64,000 nucleotides of DNA. It comes from Catajapyx aquilonaris (taxonomy: Eukaryota). Below are positions 45,623 through 59,202 of this stretch, in pieces (the stretch's first letter is position 1; each line of letters begins with the position of its first letter). The notes under the pieces are model-generated. The model ran no database searches, was not told the origin of the DNA, and saw only the letters and a program-made list of their open reading frames with translations. The DNA lies in the NCBI GenBank assembly GCA_000934665.2, contig KZ538340.1, positions 1 to 64,000 of the forward strand, in the 5' to 3' direction. The position numbers and the translations under genes are program-made.

Positions 45623-46967
45623 CTGTTAGAGAGAGGTATAAATTATATCTCTTTTGTGCTAAAATTTAAGGAGGTGAAGACTTTATCTCCACTTATATGA
45701 AACTTTCATGCTAATTTCAAAAAGTATGCATCTGGAAAAGGAAAGCAGCGATCTTCCTCCTTTAAACCACCTAAAATTTCTTTCTATGCATCATTCAATG
45801 CAACTTATTTTCAAACTCTGGAATGTGGAGAAAACCCCATGTAGATTTTTTTGGACATAATTTTTTCCTATCCACTCTTTCAACTGTCATCTGAAGTGGG
45901 AGACAAGAGGTGATCCCTCTGCAGGGAATGAACTGCCACCCCTCAAATGTAGTACCGGTATATTGCATTTGGCCACGAAGGGTGTGTAATTCATACTGTT
46001 TGGAAACAGACTGAACCCTTCTTGCAGGGTCCTGATTATTTTCCTTCTGCTAAGCTCTACTTCATTAGGTGTATAAGTTGAAGGTTATGCATACAAGCAA
46101 TACAAGGTGGTATGATGCCTCAGTTAATTTCCAACAGTAGGTTGAGGTAAAACATGATTCATTACTTGCTCCAGTTGATATTGCACATTCAACTGTCACA
46201 TACACATTGGGATCTATCAGTGGAAATGCAGAGGTTCTCCTGGAGCAAGGCTGTCATCACATTTTACCCTGGCCCATTGTTGGAGATGTCCAATATATTA
46301 CAGCCAGTTGAAATCTGGTCAGACACATTACGAAACACAGATTAAGAGATGTTATTCATGTCAATCTGACACCAATGAGTAAACATCTGTTTAATCTTGG
46401 TGCAACTGGCAGTCAGTGTATCACTCTAGAATGTGTGGAAATACAAACCTTAGCCATGCTGGATGCTGCCAAGGCAGCAAACTTTCTCCAGGGAAACTTC
46501 TGTGCCAGACCTCCAGCCTGCAGCAGGGCATCCATCTCTTTCCTGTCTAGACCCAAAGTAACCCACCAAGTGGCCAAGTCTTCTGTATCCACCTCTGCAC
46601 AGTTCTGCAGTTGGTTGTGAAGTATCTTCAGGAGTCCAGGAGTGAGTCCTGATGCAGAGTTCCTGAGAGGTGGAAGTTCGAGCCTGTCTTTGACAGGTGG
46701 CTGCTCTCCATTGGCCATGGCACGGAAGTAGGCAGCTGACCAGGCAAGCAGGTCAGCAGGCTGGGTGCGGATGGCTGCCTTGGTAAACTGCTTTAAAATC
46801 TCTGGAAATGCCTCAGGAACCTTGATCTGCTGGATGCTGTCTGTTATGTCTTGGGATGTAGTACTGTCTTCACCTTGCTGCTGACGAGCTAGCTGCCTCT
46901 GGGTATTGTGTGATGCCACTTTAGCTCCAGGTTTAGCACCTTTTGTTGCACTTTTGTTGCTGGACAT
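45380..46967 (-). CDS. ROPN1L: Ropporin-1-like protein (RIIa dimerisation/docking domain; AKAP-binding, axonemal), 253 aa
   Basis: complement(join(45380..45622,46449..46967)); CAAAATG start; IKVPEAFPEILKQFTKAAIRTQPADLLAWSAAYF...PVKDRLE...GLTPGLLKILHNQL; exon 2 ICELMTSEPPGGAASVPF. A TTTCCAG acceptor 13 nt before the ATG implies an upstream non-coding exon. Confidence 0.93.
46449..46967 (-). CDS. ROPN1L: Ropporin-1-like coding exon 1
   Basis: 173 codons; AAG|GTTTGT donor in phase 0. Confidence 0.93.
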
Positions 46968-47354
46968 TTTGATAATTGGCCTGGAAATAAGCTATTCCGT
47001 GGTTCAACATTAGTGGACAAACAAGTTGTAGTAACCTTTCTGCAAAATATTGATGATAATCAAATTCAGAGAAGGAAATGTGGTGTTGGCAAAAATACCC
47101 ATGGCCCTTGGATACACACAGTACATTACAGATCATCCATATTTGGTCGCCAAAAAGCACAAGCTAGGAGAAGATCCAGAGGAGCATTACTACACTATTA
47201 GCCTGGTTTTTATAACTGCATTCTACATTTAAAAATAAATAATTCCATGGTCATTGAGAAATGACTGGAACAATTCAGGAGGTTAATTAAGTACCAAGTC
47301 ACCATTCAATTTCAGGCATACTTAAGTCATGTCCTCAATGTTATGGCCATTTGG

Positions 47355-47355
<1 letters not shown>

Positions 47356-47425
<70 letters not shown>
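47356..47425. repeat. (TA)n microsatellite
   Basis: Direct reading. Confidence 0.97.
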
Positions 47426-47426
<1 letters not shown>

Positions 47427-48781
47427 CTTTGGGAGGCAGTGCTAAAGAGTAGGAGGGGAGAGAAAGAAGGTGAGGGATAGGGCTATAGGCTACATAGAAA
47501 TCGCGAACAGGAATATAGATGCACCCTACTCACATTGAAGTGAAAGGTGCTGAAGAAGAATATAGCCTCTGGCGTTGGCTGATCAGCTACTGGCTAATGT
47601 ACACGTGCTCAGCCGGTCTAGATGGAAGCGAAAAACATGGAAGTCGAGAAAGGTGGGTAGTACGCCCGAGGCGAATAAATCGATGTGGACTAAAGGTATT
47701 CAGGTCTCCTGAATGTTTAGTATCGCTATGCGCCGCGCATATACAAGCAGACTGTGTACAAATCCGTTCCCATGGACACCTGACCTCTCCCCGCCCCTGG
47801 CACAACACCCCCTTTCCCACAACCCCCCAACAGCACCTTCGTTTATTAGTGCAGCAAAATCTGGTCCACCTGTTTCGTTTGATCGATACTTGCTTTTTGC
47901 TGGGTATTTGCGGTTTTGTAGTGGTGACGACAACAAAATCGGGACTGCTTCAGGTCAATGGCAAGAAATATTGCGAAGCAGACTCTAGATGATAATGTGC
48001 GATACAGATCGCTATTGCCCAGTTTTATACTGACAAGATGTAAATAAACCTATGTCTTGGAATGTAATGGCAGTTATCTCGTTATTTATTATACAGATCA
48101 TAATAATGTATTGGATCAATTTTGCGTGCAATGCAGTAAGTGATTGGGCCATAATCGATGCATATATTGCAGGGCCTGTGAGGGAACGGATTTTACGCCA
48201 TGAATTTTGCGAATTCTGCGAGAATATACAATTAAGTCATTTGCGAAAGCGAATGTGCCTATCAAAGAATATCTAGATGCCAGAATTTTAATTGCATTTT
48301 TTTCAGGCCAGTTATGAGTGCATAGGAAGTGTGTGCGTATTGCGGTCGCGATGATAAATAATCCGAAATACCGCGGACGTCCTGAGCTAATGGTTTCTCT
48401 CTCGCAAACGTTAAGTTTAAAATGATGGTTGTTTTCAGAAATCATTGCATCACATGGCACATGCGATCTCAGAAATTGAACTGGCACAATTAGAGGAATA
48501 TACGTCATTTGCCATGGTTATAAATGCCCGAGAAATAAATTCTTGCATCCTGTATACCGTATAGTTACAAAATATTCCATAAATACCATTGGTTCAATAA
48601 AATTCAAACTTGCCTTCGCCAGTAATAATTGCAAATGTGGCTTAAAATGTAATGCAGATACAGTATTTAATGCACGATCGCAATATCCGAAGCGACTTAA
48701 ACGCAGCCTAAATGGAAATTTGGGAACATGGACATTTGCACTTATTTGTAGAGGAATAGACACCTTAATTAATTTTATATA

Positions 48782-49220
48782 CAGAGTGTATCGGAACTCT
48801 ACCATAAGCCATATGCCAATGGCGTAATGGTCAGCAGATGATCATTTACAGTATCGGAATCATAGGCCTGGGCCGCCGCATGACCGAGATAATTGACCTC
48901 AACCAATAGGTATAAAATATCCTGGCAGGTATGCAAACCTTCAGCCGCAATCGCGTCACAGGTGAAGGTCTCAGCTATTTTCTGGGGGGCTACTGCCACA
49001 CTGCTATTGGGGTAGTCACTAGGGCTCTTAGAATGCAGTTCCCCCCAGATGCACTGCTATTCTACAATCACGCTTAAGCGCAATCGCTACTTCGCAAATG
49101 ATCAATTATTATCTACGTGATGTGGCTGCCTAGACATGATGACCCCTCTACATATAATGATGCTCTGGTGCCCCTTATGCCATTGGTACATGGCTTATGG
49201 TAGAGTTCTGATACACCCTC
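48782..49220. mobile_element. TA-flanked Tc1/mariner-type MITE
   Basis: TA|CAGAGTGTATCGGAACTCTACCATAAGCCAT / ATGGCTTATGGTAGAGTTCTGATACACCCTC|TA. Confidence 0.85.
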
Positions 49221-49669
49221 TATAGCTAATTCTGCATCTTATGATTTCGATCAACAGTCCAAGGAAAAAAGTCCGTTGCTAATTTTTTAAAATATAAACA
49301 TCTTGTATCATACTAACAAGCTTACAGCCCTGTTGAATATGCATAGATGAACATACTCTTACAACTGTACGTCTGTACTGGAGAAAATCATGTGCACGGT
49401 GATCCTATATGCATCTATCATTGTCTAGTGGTGGCTTTGAAGTAGGCTAAGCACTTGCAGTGAAAAAATGACAATAGCAATTGGGACAAGTGGTATGGAA
49501 GCAAAATAAATAAATAGACTAATATGGGTGTATTGCGCTTATTATGCTGTTAGAGATGCACAGTCCATAACATGGCATTGCTTGAACAATCTTCCTGTTA
49601 TGAAGTCGAGACAACCCTACAATCTACAAGACTTCACAGTAGCTGGGTGTGCTTCTCACTTAGGAAGAG

Positions 49670-49900
49670 AGATGGCGCGCGACTCAAAATCACCCAAACC
49701 TGCACATTTCTGCTGTGATCGCTAGCTTTCGCCACCTCTTGCCAAGCATGCTAAGTTTGCGGTTTGGCGGGGGTTTCGGGGGAGGCAGCGGAGGAGGAGG
49801 CCTGGTCAGGCCGAGATGAGAGAGGGTCACGTGACGTGTGTGTGAGAAGAGGAGGAGGATCAGAGGAGCAGGCTGCAGGTGGTTGATGCTGTGAGGTAGA
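49670..49900. promoter_or_regulatory. Candidate CpG-rich promoter
   Basis: GATGGCG (YY1-like) at 49671, palindromic E-box GTCACGTGAC at 49826-49835, GC/CpG-rich; followed by a candidate first exon ending at 50316. Confidence 0.4.
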
Positions 49901-50231
49901 ACAAGTGCGCGCCGAGTGCTTGTTCATCATATTCGGCAATCAGACGTTCCTGTTGAGCCATGGCCATCAGCATCATCCGGACGTTGTGCGAAGATGGTTC
50001 TGTGTGATCCTCCATGGTGCAAGTGTCGATTGCCGGGCGATTGTTGGGACGTCCCGTGTCGAAGAGGGTCCGTGAGGTAACATTCAGGGGTGGATGATAT
50101 GGCGACAGGGTGGTCATCCAACAGGTGGCATCTAACCCTGTGAGGGACTTGATAGTGCGCGGTTAGTTGAACTGTACGGGCCCCGGGGCAGCCTCCTGTC
50201 GCAGCCTCGGGGTCCATCCCGACGCCCGAAC

Positions 50232-50316
50232 ATGGAAGGCGTTGTTATTGTGGGAGGATCGGGGTCTTCGGGACATGCCACGGCCGCCGATGACGAGGCT
50301 CTTCAGGCTGTACTCG
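50232..50316 (+). CDS. Candidate first coding exon of an unidentified gene
   Basis: AACATGG start, upstream in-frame stop at 50133, MEGVVIVGGSGSSGHATAADDEALQAVL, consensus donor G|GTAAGT (phase 1). No homology recognised. Confidence 0.35.
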
Positions 50317-50859
50317 GTAAGTATCCCCGTTACATCAGGGGCCGTCACGTGCCTCCACTTACACGCTGACTCTATTTACAAACAACAGACCCCCAACATT
50401 TTGTGTACCGTAGTTCGCCTGAAGCCAAATTGCAACATCCCCCTGCCAAAGTCCATCCTTGTGCAAGAGCGATTAACTTAATATACTGTATATTCGTGGA
50501 ACCAGTATTGATGACACGCCATGCTGCAAATCCAATGCCCTTGACACGGCCCGGTCTGACATGACGTCCGCCTATTTTTTGCGGTTTTTAAAATTCTCGT
50601 TTTGTTTATGGTGCACTGTGGCACGTCCTTGTTCCGTGTTGTGCTGTCCTTGGCCGTGGCTGCCCGGATGGCCTCTGGCTGTGGCCAGCTGACCTCCCCG
50701 TTGACGTCACACACTTCTGACCAGATACAGCGCCCACTGGGGAAACATAACGGAACTCCGGAGGGCCTGCATTCCCGCATGTTACTTTCTGGCCCGCAAA
50801 TCCAGTTGCCTACATTCATTTTGTCATATTTAATGCAAAGCTCAGATCCGCGATTTGAG

Positions 50860-51044
50860 GACGACGACGACGACAACAACAACAACAACAACAACAACAA
50901 TAATAATAATACTACTACTAATAATAATAATAATACTAATAATAATACTAATACCTCGACTAATAATAATACTAATACCTCGACTAATAATAATACTAAT
51001 ACCTCGACTAATACTAATACTAATAATAATACTGCTACTAATGG

Positions 51045-51115
<71 letters not shown>
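50860..51115. repeat. Compound microsatellite (GAC)n(AAC)n(AAT/ACT)n...(ATT)n
   Basis: Direct reading; accounts for the low-complexity ORFs between 50478 and 51481. Confidence 0.95.
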
Positions 51116-51117
<2 letters not shown>

Positions 51118-52945
51118 GGCGTTATTAAATAATATGAGGCTGGTTTTCTTGGCAGCTGCATATGTGTGTTGTCCGGTACAAAGCCTGAAGGGCTGTCGTG
51201 ACAGTGTGTTTGCTCTGCTCTCAGCTTGCTTTTTCGCACAACTTCCGACCAAAAACCATTCCCCTACCTCTACTCCCCACCTGACAAATCAAGTCCACCA
51301 ACTTCCCTCCACCCTTCTTTCGGTCCCTTTTTTCATTTACCTCAACCCCAGCCATTATTGCAAGTGTCAACAGGCACGTGTGTTTGCTCACCAGCAACAC
51401 GCATGTGCATTCAGCCCATTGAGCTCCCCATTTGTAGCCTGCGTGTACTGTACGGTTCATACTATAATATCCGATGGCTAATGGGAGCCCGTAAAAATAT
51501 TGTAGAAGAGAAGCAGGAGGCCTACGAGAGATTTCCACAGTTTCTAACCTTGCGGGAGTTGCACAAGGTCTAGCTGGAATTATTAGTATGCGCAACTGAT
51601 GACGGAATTCGTTCAGGGATTTTCCCATGGCGTTCGTAGTGTGAAGATTAATTTTTACTATCTCTCGCGTGCCGTGGAGGGTGGCAGGGATCACGGGATA
51701 TGTCCGGAGAGGTGGTGCTGACCGTGGTAGCCCGGGGTGCAAAGGATGTGCATAGAGTATATGCCCAAGGCTTGTCCAGAATGGTGTAGTAAGGACCTCG
51801 ATGCCTCGGGTTTAGCTATCAGCAATCACATCATAATATGATCAAAACCAGACGTTCCTAATGGCTGCTGCCAGGAGTCAGTACTTGGAATTGGCTACCC
51901 CGGATGAGAGATGTCAGTGATTATTTTTGATATGTCGCAAAACTCGTGTGTCAGATATAATATTCAGATTCGAATAATAATTCAAGTAATAAATATTCTT
52001 GACGATGAGTTTTAAAACGGCGTGCACAAATTGCCTGTTTTTATGAATGTATTGGCATATGCAAAGTTGCAATAGATCACCTGCATATCACGCTATTGCA
52101 TATTTTAGTATGTAGGGCAACACTTCAGAACTAAACACAGCCGAGGGGAACCTCCGCGTAATCAGGTATACACTTCTGAAAGATGATTGCACCTAATCAG
52201 GCGTAATCTGAAGTAGACTACACTTGAAAGTGGAGTGGCTGACTCCTTGTCTTGGCTAGAACTCCCTATAGTGGCCAACCAGGAAGAGAATATCTGATGA
52301 TCATTTCACGATGCAGTACCGATTATGAACATCAGATCTGGTCATTCTGTCTTGACAGGAGGTAAGCGCGTCAAAGTGAGCCTGGTGAATGCAAAGGTAG
52401 TTAAGGTGGGGGGAGGGGGGAAGAATGGCTGCATCAAAGCATTAGTTCAACTTTTTTTTTCTTTTTCTTTTTGCAGGCTAGACCTAGTAGACCACTCCTA
52501 AGCGCTTTAAAAATGTGGAACCGTTCCACATAATATTAGGAGCTAACTCTAGGCAGCACCCATAAGCAACTGCTAAATAATAAGCAGCTTCGGCTTTTCA
52601 AAATCCGCATAAAGTCGAAACGGACGCCTCAAGCACACGTATGACTGCGGATTATTATCTTCCAACCGCATGCAAACACTGTACAGTACACCTTATGCAT
52701 CCGTAGTTTTTCCCGCTCTCTTGAGTTATAACATATGTAACACTGGCAACAACTTGTAGTTACCCACATCACCCTGTAATGCTTGTCTGAGTCGTCCAAT
52801 AAGTGAAGCATATCCAGGGTCAGTTAACAAGTACATTGAACGCAAATTAATAAAATTTCCAATTTCGAATTATAAATGTTATGCAAGTGATATTTTTAGA
52901 TCGATAACACCTGATTTCGGACATAAACTGGATGCAAACCCTGTA

Positions 52946-53058
52946 ATGCCCCTTGGGTCATATCTGGCACACCATTTAGTGCAATTTGGCACTTACAGGA
53001 AATATAAAAATTGCAAAAATTGCACTAAATGGTGTGCCAGATATGACCCAGTGGGCAT
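52946..53058. repeat. Short palindromic MITE-like element
   Basis: TGGGTCATATCTGGCACACCATTTAGTGCAATTT / AAATTGCACTAAATGGTGTGCCAGATATGACCCA. Confidence 0.85.
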
Positions 53059-56000
53059 CTTAATTAGGGCAAGCCAGATTCCTCGACCACATTCAGACAC
53101 TACTCGATGAGCACCATTGTTCTGAATGCCGCACTGACTTCCTACCTAAACAGGGACATGTGCGCTATTTTTGTACACACACATTATTTGCATTCAGGTT
53201 TTGACTAACCCGAGACGGAATATTTTTCGCTCGATTTTTCAGCAGTCACGGAAAACTGTGACGTAACAAGGTTTCTGGTATGACGGAAAATCCGACAGAT
53301 TAGGATCGAGCAGAAAATGCTGACGACGGAATGGGTTTATTAGCGGCATTTTCCATCTCTCTCTTCCCCCCCCCCCCCNCCCCCCCCCGACATCACCCCA
53401 TTTCCAATTTTTTTGACATGCAATCTATAACGAAACCCCAAGAGTGCCGGAATGGAAATAAAGCGATTGGTCCGCCTAGATTTGGATAAGGGGATTGGGG
53501 GGGAGGGGGGAGGAAGAAAAAATAACTCCCAACGGATTAAGGGGGGGTCTGCATAGTGATTGATCACCTTTCCTGAAGGACTTTTAAGCCGTTTAATTAT
53601 TCCCACTGAGTTTCCTGCCTTTCGGACATTGCAGTGGCCCCATGTTATTCCCTGTTAATGAATGTTTGCATGACCCCGGCAAGAATCGCCTCGATGACGT
53701 CAATCGCCTGGTGTTTGCTAAGCTCTTCAAAGACAATGGTACAACCGACCCCTCCTTCCCCCTGCCACCTCCCCATTGCAATCCTATTGGCATGCTGCTC
53801 TGATTATTCAGATGTAGTATTCTCCTTGTATAGGGAGGGCGATTTTTATGACTAGCCGTGAGTGAGTAATACAGATTTTTGTAATGTCCTTGAAGAATGT
53901 GTTTGAGTATAGGTGCTGGAGTGTTTTTGTGGGATGTGACGGTAGGGTGTTGAAAGACCCCTCCTACCGACCCCATGGCTTGTTTCTCGATCGAAGTAGA
54001 TCGATGGCAGCTCAGCCAGCGCACCTGCTCTTATCAATTTACAGCCCAATTGTGAGCGAAGAATGCCCCCACCCACCTAACCCCCTTCAATCTCTCCTAA
54101 AGCCTTCTGCTCTTTGACTTGTGGCCGATCAACCCCCCCAACACTCCCCTACCTCCCCTGTAACCTCTATAGGCCTACATGAATGTCCAGCAGCTCCCGT
54201 TGTCCTCATTCCCACATTCAACGTGGCGTGCCCAACTCCAACAAGTAGAGTCAACAATAAGGCAACGCTCGTTATGTTGGAAGCTATATTTTTTTTAAAG
54301 GACATTACTACGGAAATAGAGCTGCCTTTCCCCTGTCACACCCCTCTTATTCTTGGGAGCAATCAGATGGAATGGTGATTGAAGACTTGGGCACGTACAT
54401 CCCTCCCGGACATTTTTTTTAAATAGGTGCAATGGGTTCTTCCTTGTTTCTTGCGGCTGTCATCGTCACTTTCACTACTTTCTAGTGGAATCGACGCGAC
54501 ACGACGCGACGGTCCGAAACCACGCACTTTTGATTTTTGTCTGACCCACCACTTCCGTGTATATTTTTTTCTGGAAAGGGTTTTTTTGGGGGGGTTGGCC
54601 GGCTATCGACTAGAGTAGGTAGGTGTATCGTATCTACGGTTGGGCTTGGTTGCCAGCAAGTGGTGTGTCCCTAATGGGTTAATACGGGTCCGCATTTGAT
54701 TGGGTCTCGTGCCCAGGCGCCTGGGAAAACTCGGCCGGCTTTTGATGTGCGCCCGTAATGACTTGCCCGGGCTGCACTTGGCCGGTTCCCAGGACCAGAC
54801 CCCCCTCCTACACCCTATTCCTCCCCCCCTACGTTCAAACCTCCCTTCCATATCCTCCTACATCACCCTTTGCCCTGGGAAAAATACACCCCCGCGCCCA
54901 CCCCTCTCTTCCCTGCAAATGAGCAACAACCTTTCGGACCTTTTTGGACCGCGATTCCTGCAGAATATTATTGGAGCTTTATTGCATGGGGATATGTCCG
55001 ACACGTGTCCGTGGTTTTTTTATGGAGTACTTGCTAAGGAGTAGAAAACTGCATTTTCGTTTCATTGAATAAGGAGGAATGTATGTAATGTGACACAAGG
55101 GTTGCTGACTGAATACGTTACATTGAACAGATATAGCGTAGAAATGTTTCGTTATCGGTTTGTAATATTTTCCGCCAGTAGCCTTGAATGATATTGCGAC
55201 CTTTTGCTCATGTGCCCTAGAGGGTGAGTCAGGTCCAGTCAGTGGACAAGCATGCGTTTACGACTTGCATATTAGTAGACAGAAGGACCAATGTTTGAAG
55301 CTGTTATCTGGGCGTGCTATATACAGAGTAGGTGGTTTGTCTGACATGGTTTTGACTTAAAGCAGATGTGTGGAACAACAGAGCTAGAAGGCCAGCAGTT
55401 TGGATGTAGGCCTATGGTATACTTTCGTGATAGCCTTGCTTAGCACTGGGGTATAGTGAGGTGGGAAAAATGTGTTCTCTAATCTCACTACCAAAACTCA
55501 GCGGTAACTGCTGGGTGCAGAGTACAGGGAGGCCAAGATATAAATGAGCTATTTCACACCCTCACCCCCTGCAGCCATGGAAAGTGATTGTGAAGGCTAT
55601 CAAGAAAAGTAAATGAACTCAAGTGTCGACGGTCTGTAGTTCTGCACTGCATCTACAAATAGCAAGAAACAAGATATTGTGAATTGGTCGTTGCATGTCA
55701 AGGCATAATGCAGTTGATTCCAGTTTTCGATTCTTATTAGCACAAAATTTGCACACATTCCGCATCTTTGATACCTAAGAAAACCCGGGTGTGCTGGGTG
55801 TAGATAAACCACAAAAGAATGACAGCCCTATGGGTGTCATTGACGTGTACATCCAATCTGGTGTCGGTGACCTCAAGATTGTCGATTTCCTAACTTGAAA
55901 CTCCATATCCATTACATTAACTGCTAATAATACGAAACAACATCATGTCCATTTTCCGCCCGCGAACTTGTGTGGCAGCTAAAAGCTTATCAAACCATTA

Positions 56001-56759
56001 CGCTCATACCTAACTGGATATCTGACTCCTAAGGTATTCTTCGGCAAACGTGCATGCACATCAGGGAGCCATGGACCTCACAAGGTTGAGACTCTCCCTA
56101 TATTACGCAATGATGCCACACTCATGCACGCCTTGGGAATATTGTACTGTATAGTGTGGTAAAAATTAATAATGAAGTCACGCTGTTCTTGACGCAGTGA
56201 TGGTGCACTAATCCACAGAAGTTAGTGGAGAATGGTCTTACAAGTTAACGACAGTACGACACTGTTCAGTTCCGTTTGTACGCAGCCCTCTCGGGCTATC
56301 AAATTACTTGTGCGTTATGTACACGTACGAAAAAGTCAAGAGACGTGCTTTGCAATGCATATAAAAATGCAAATAAAGTAATTAGTATAATGTCAGTACT
56401 AATTGGCCGAACGTTATGGTCGTGCGTTTCTGCATGGGCGGATGACTTCATATCCATATGCTGTATAGCCTGAGAGGTAACTGTGTTACACTTTTACACT
56501 CTGTACCGGCGAAGTGTTAAGATGGCTACACCGATATTGTACATGATACAAGAATACTGTATACTACGTAAATATGTAAGGACAGTGTGCCACAATCATT
56601 GCTCTTCATTGAAAATAATAGTCCAGTGACTGTACGGTACATTGTTTCGAACTGGGAGGAGAACAAAAAATTGAAATCATAACTTCATAATAACATAATT
56701 AAAAAGAACGATCTTGAACCCAGAGATAAGACGCGCCTTTTCAAGGGGAGACAGATAAA

Positions 56760-56870
56760 TTCAGAGGACACTGGAGTGTACCAAGGAAAATCCCGCAACA
56801 CGACGGAGAATCCACATTTCCCTGCCCAATTCGGGAATCTAACGCGTGACCCCGAAGAGTTGCTTGGTAA
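56760..56870 (-). mobile_element. Highly decayed SINE with V-domain-like core
   Basis: GAGGACACTGGAGTGTACCAAGGAAAATCCCGCAACACGACGGAGAA resembles the reverse complement of the V core; B-box remnant CGGGAATCTAAC nearby. Confidence 0.45.
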
Positions 56871-59039
56871 CTGTGTAACAAGCGTGTCCTAATCACAGAT
56901 TTAAACTATTTAACATAAAGTAGTTGCCTAGATTCGTTGCACACCTGTGAGAAATCATCTCGGGATTTGCCCATCGCGATGCGATGGTGGGATCAGACAT
57001 TCAGCTTGCCACACCCACCTGGGAGACACTTCATGGATACTCTTACACCAAGGGCAAAGTCTGCTTTGCACGTAATCATTATGCTGTACAATACAATGAT
57101 TCGCATGGAGATAGTATTTTCACTATATAGAACCCGTTCCTCCATGATACGGTAATGTACTGTACATGTGAACCAATAGGGCCTATACCCTTTTTTTTCC
57201 GAAATCTTATCTCCGGACCGTCTACCCATACACGAATTCTTATATATGTGACAAGCAACAAGTATAGTACCGGGTATGTCATAATAGTATCAAGGGCCGG
57301 TTGTGTGACTGATGGTAAACCAAGAACAGGTGCTGGTTGGTAAAAGTTATTCAGTTATTAGTCGCTTGTTCTGTATTTACTGTCGATTACGCAACCCAGC
57401 CCTAGTCGTATTTTAATAATTCTATAACACTATTCTAATGAGGTATAACTTTTGATCACACAGCATCCATGAAAATTGAAGGAAAACGGCGGAGTGAATA
57501 ATAAAACTAACAAGCCTTCGGGTGCTGTCAAATGCTATTATGCCATAAACGTGTTCTGAAATTTAGCTGTGAAATTTGCTGTAGATATAAACCATGGATG
57601 AGAAGACAGGCTCTGCTACGCGAAAGGGGAAAATGTGCTCCTGATTCACTTACAAGTATAGGAGTGCCTAAAATCGAAACTCATGGACGCACGTACGTCA
57701 AATTCACACATGTGGTTCTTATGGCGATTCCGTGGCCATTACAGGTAGTTTCATACACATTGATCAAACGGTGACCAATGGACGATCGATATCTTTTTAA
57801 CTTTTTGTCGATGTCACACTATATACAACAGGTAAAATTTTTTTCGAGAAGAGACTACTTGAAAAAGCATGCAACAGCGTATAGCTTGCACATAATGTTC
57901 ATCGTTCATGGCATACCGATCTGCTTCCTAAAACGATAAAGAATGCAATCGTGTCATAAGATCCGCGAGACAATCAGGGGCGTCACGTTTCATTGTGTAA
58001 TAAACCAAATAAGTTTTTTATTCGAAATAACTGAACTACATTCGTGAGCATAATTATAAATGCAGAAATGAAAAGGAACACTATTTTAACATTATTTATA
58101 GACTAATTCTTATTGCGTTTGGTGCGCAATTGTACTCACAGTCAGTTGAAGTTATGCAGGTGTATTTTTATACCCAGCCTGACACGCATATTTACGGTAC
58201 GAAAATTGCGCTAATTGGCATTGAACTGATCACCGGTGCGAAATGCTGAAAGCAGCCATGAGAGTGCTCAGATAATATCCAATGCAATATAATAGTGTAC
58301 ATTCATAACTTCACGTCGACATAGTGTTGCGTAAGGAACAAGTGTCTCATTTATTCTGACTTGATACTGGTCAAAGTCTGCGGCTGTGCATATGAACTAT
58401 AATAATGGTTAGTATTCTGCGGACATGTTTGAGCAATATGGATAATTTATAGCGCTGATGGAATGATATCGGATGCACCATTGCATTATTAATTACCCTT
58501 GCAGGTAAATCCCGCCTACATGGCCATTTAAAGAGGGGGAAAGGTGGAGGTTTTTGGCCCAGTTGTCAAGGAGGCCTTTTCAGATTTTTTTTTTCCTCCA
58601 GTTTTTTTGAAGGGGGGAGGGTGTTGGGTGTTGGCAGAATGGTAAGCAGAGCGTAAAATGCTTTCCTCAGCAGTGTGGTGGTGGACAAGCTGAGATTCGG
58701 TTGTTGCAGTATTCGGCTCTGAACTCTTCTGCAGTGCGATTCCGATCCGTGTCTGTGCAATTTTTGCTCCAAAAAAAAGAGAACCTTCCCCACCCCTGCA
58801 TTTGGGGAGTGAGTGTGTCTGACCATCAGTGAGAAGGTAGCCAATCGAAAAGTGGAAGCAGGTGAGTCGGCGCGACAACCAACGAGGCCACATCAAGCGG
58901 CCCGAAGTGGAGGAACGGTAGCAGCGGCTTGGCAGTTTGAGGGCACAGTGCATGTTGCAGGCCCCGGGGACAATGGAGGGACGCTGCTGGACTCTCTTGT
59001 ACAACTAACGGAACAGAAAAGGGGGGCTGACGGAAAGAG

Positions 59040-59202
59040 ATGGATCGCACCTTTCAAGTGCGCCAACAGCCTCAACAGCCCCCGCGCGAAGAAGAGGAGG
59101 AAGCGGTGGTGACCACTGCTGGGCCAGGTCCGGCGGTAGAAGTGGTTGCGGTTACAACCACGGTTGCTCCCACCATCATCAAAGCGACTCTTCAGCATCC
59201 AG
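59040..59202 (+). CDS. Candidate alternative first coding exon of an unidentified gene
   Basis: GAGATGG start; MDRTFQVRQQPQQPPREEEEEAVVTT...IIKATLQHP; CAG|GTGACA donor (phase 1); CpG-rich context. No homology recognised. Confidence 0.3.

Noticed and set aside
49860..50348. Minus-strand frame with one internal stop as a pseudogene or viral insert
   Set aside because: No recognisable motif; explained by GC-rich promoter/UTR-like composition.
50478..51481. Long ORFs of 253, 176, 136 and 208 aa
   Set aside because: They are translations of trinucleotide microsatellite (poly-I/L/N/T).
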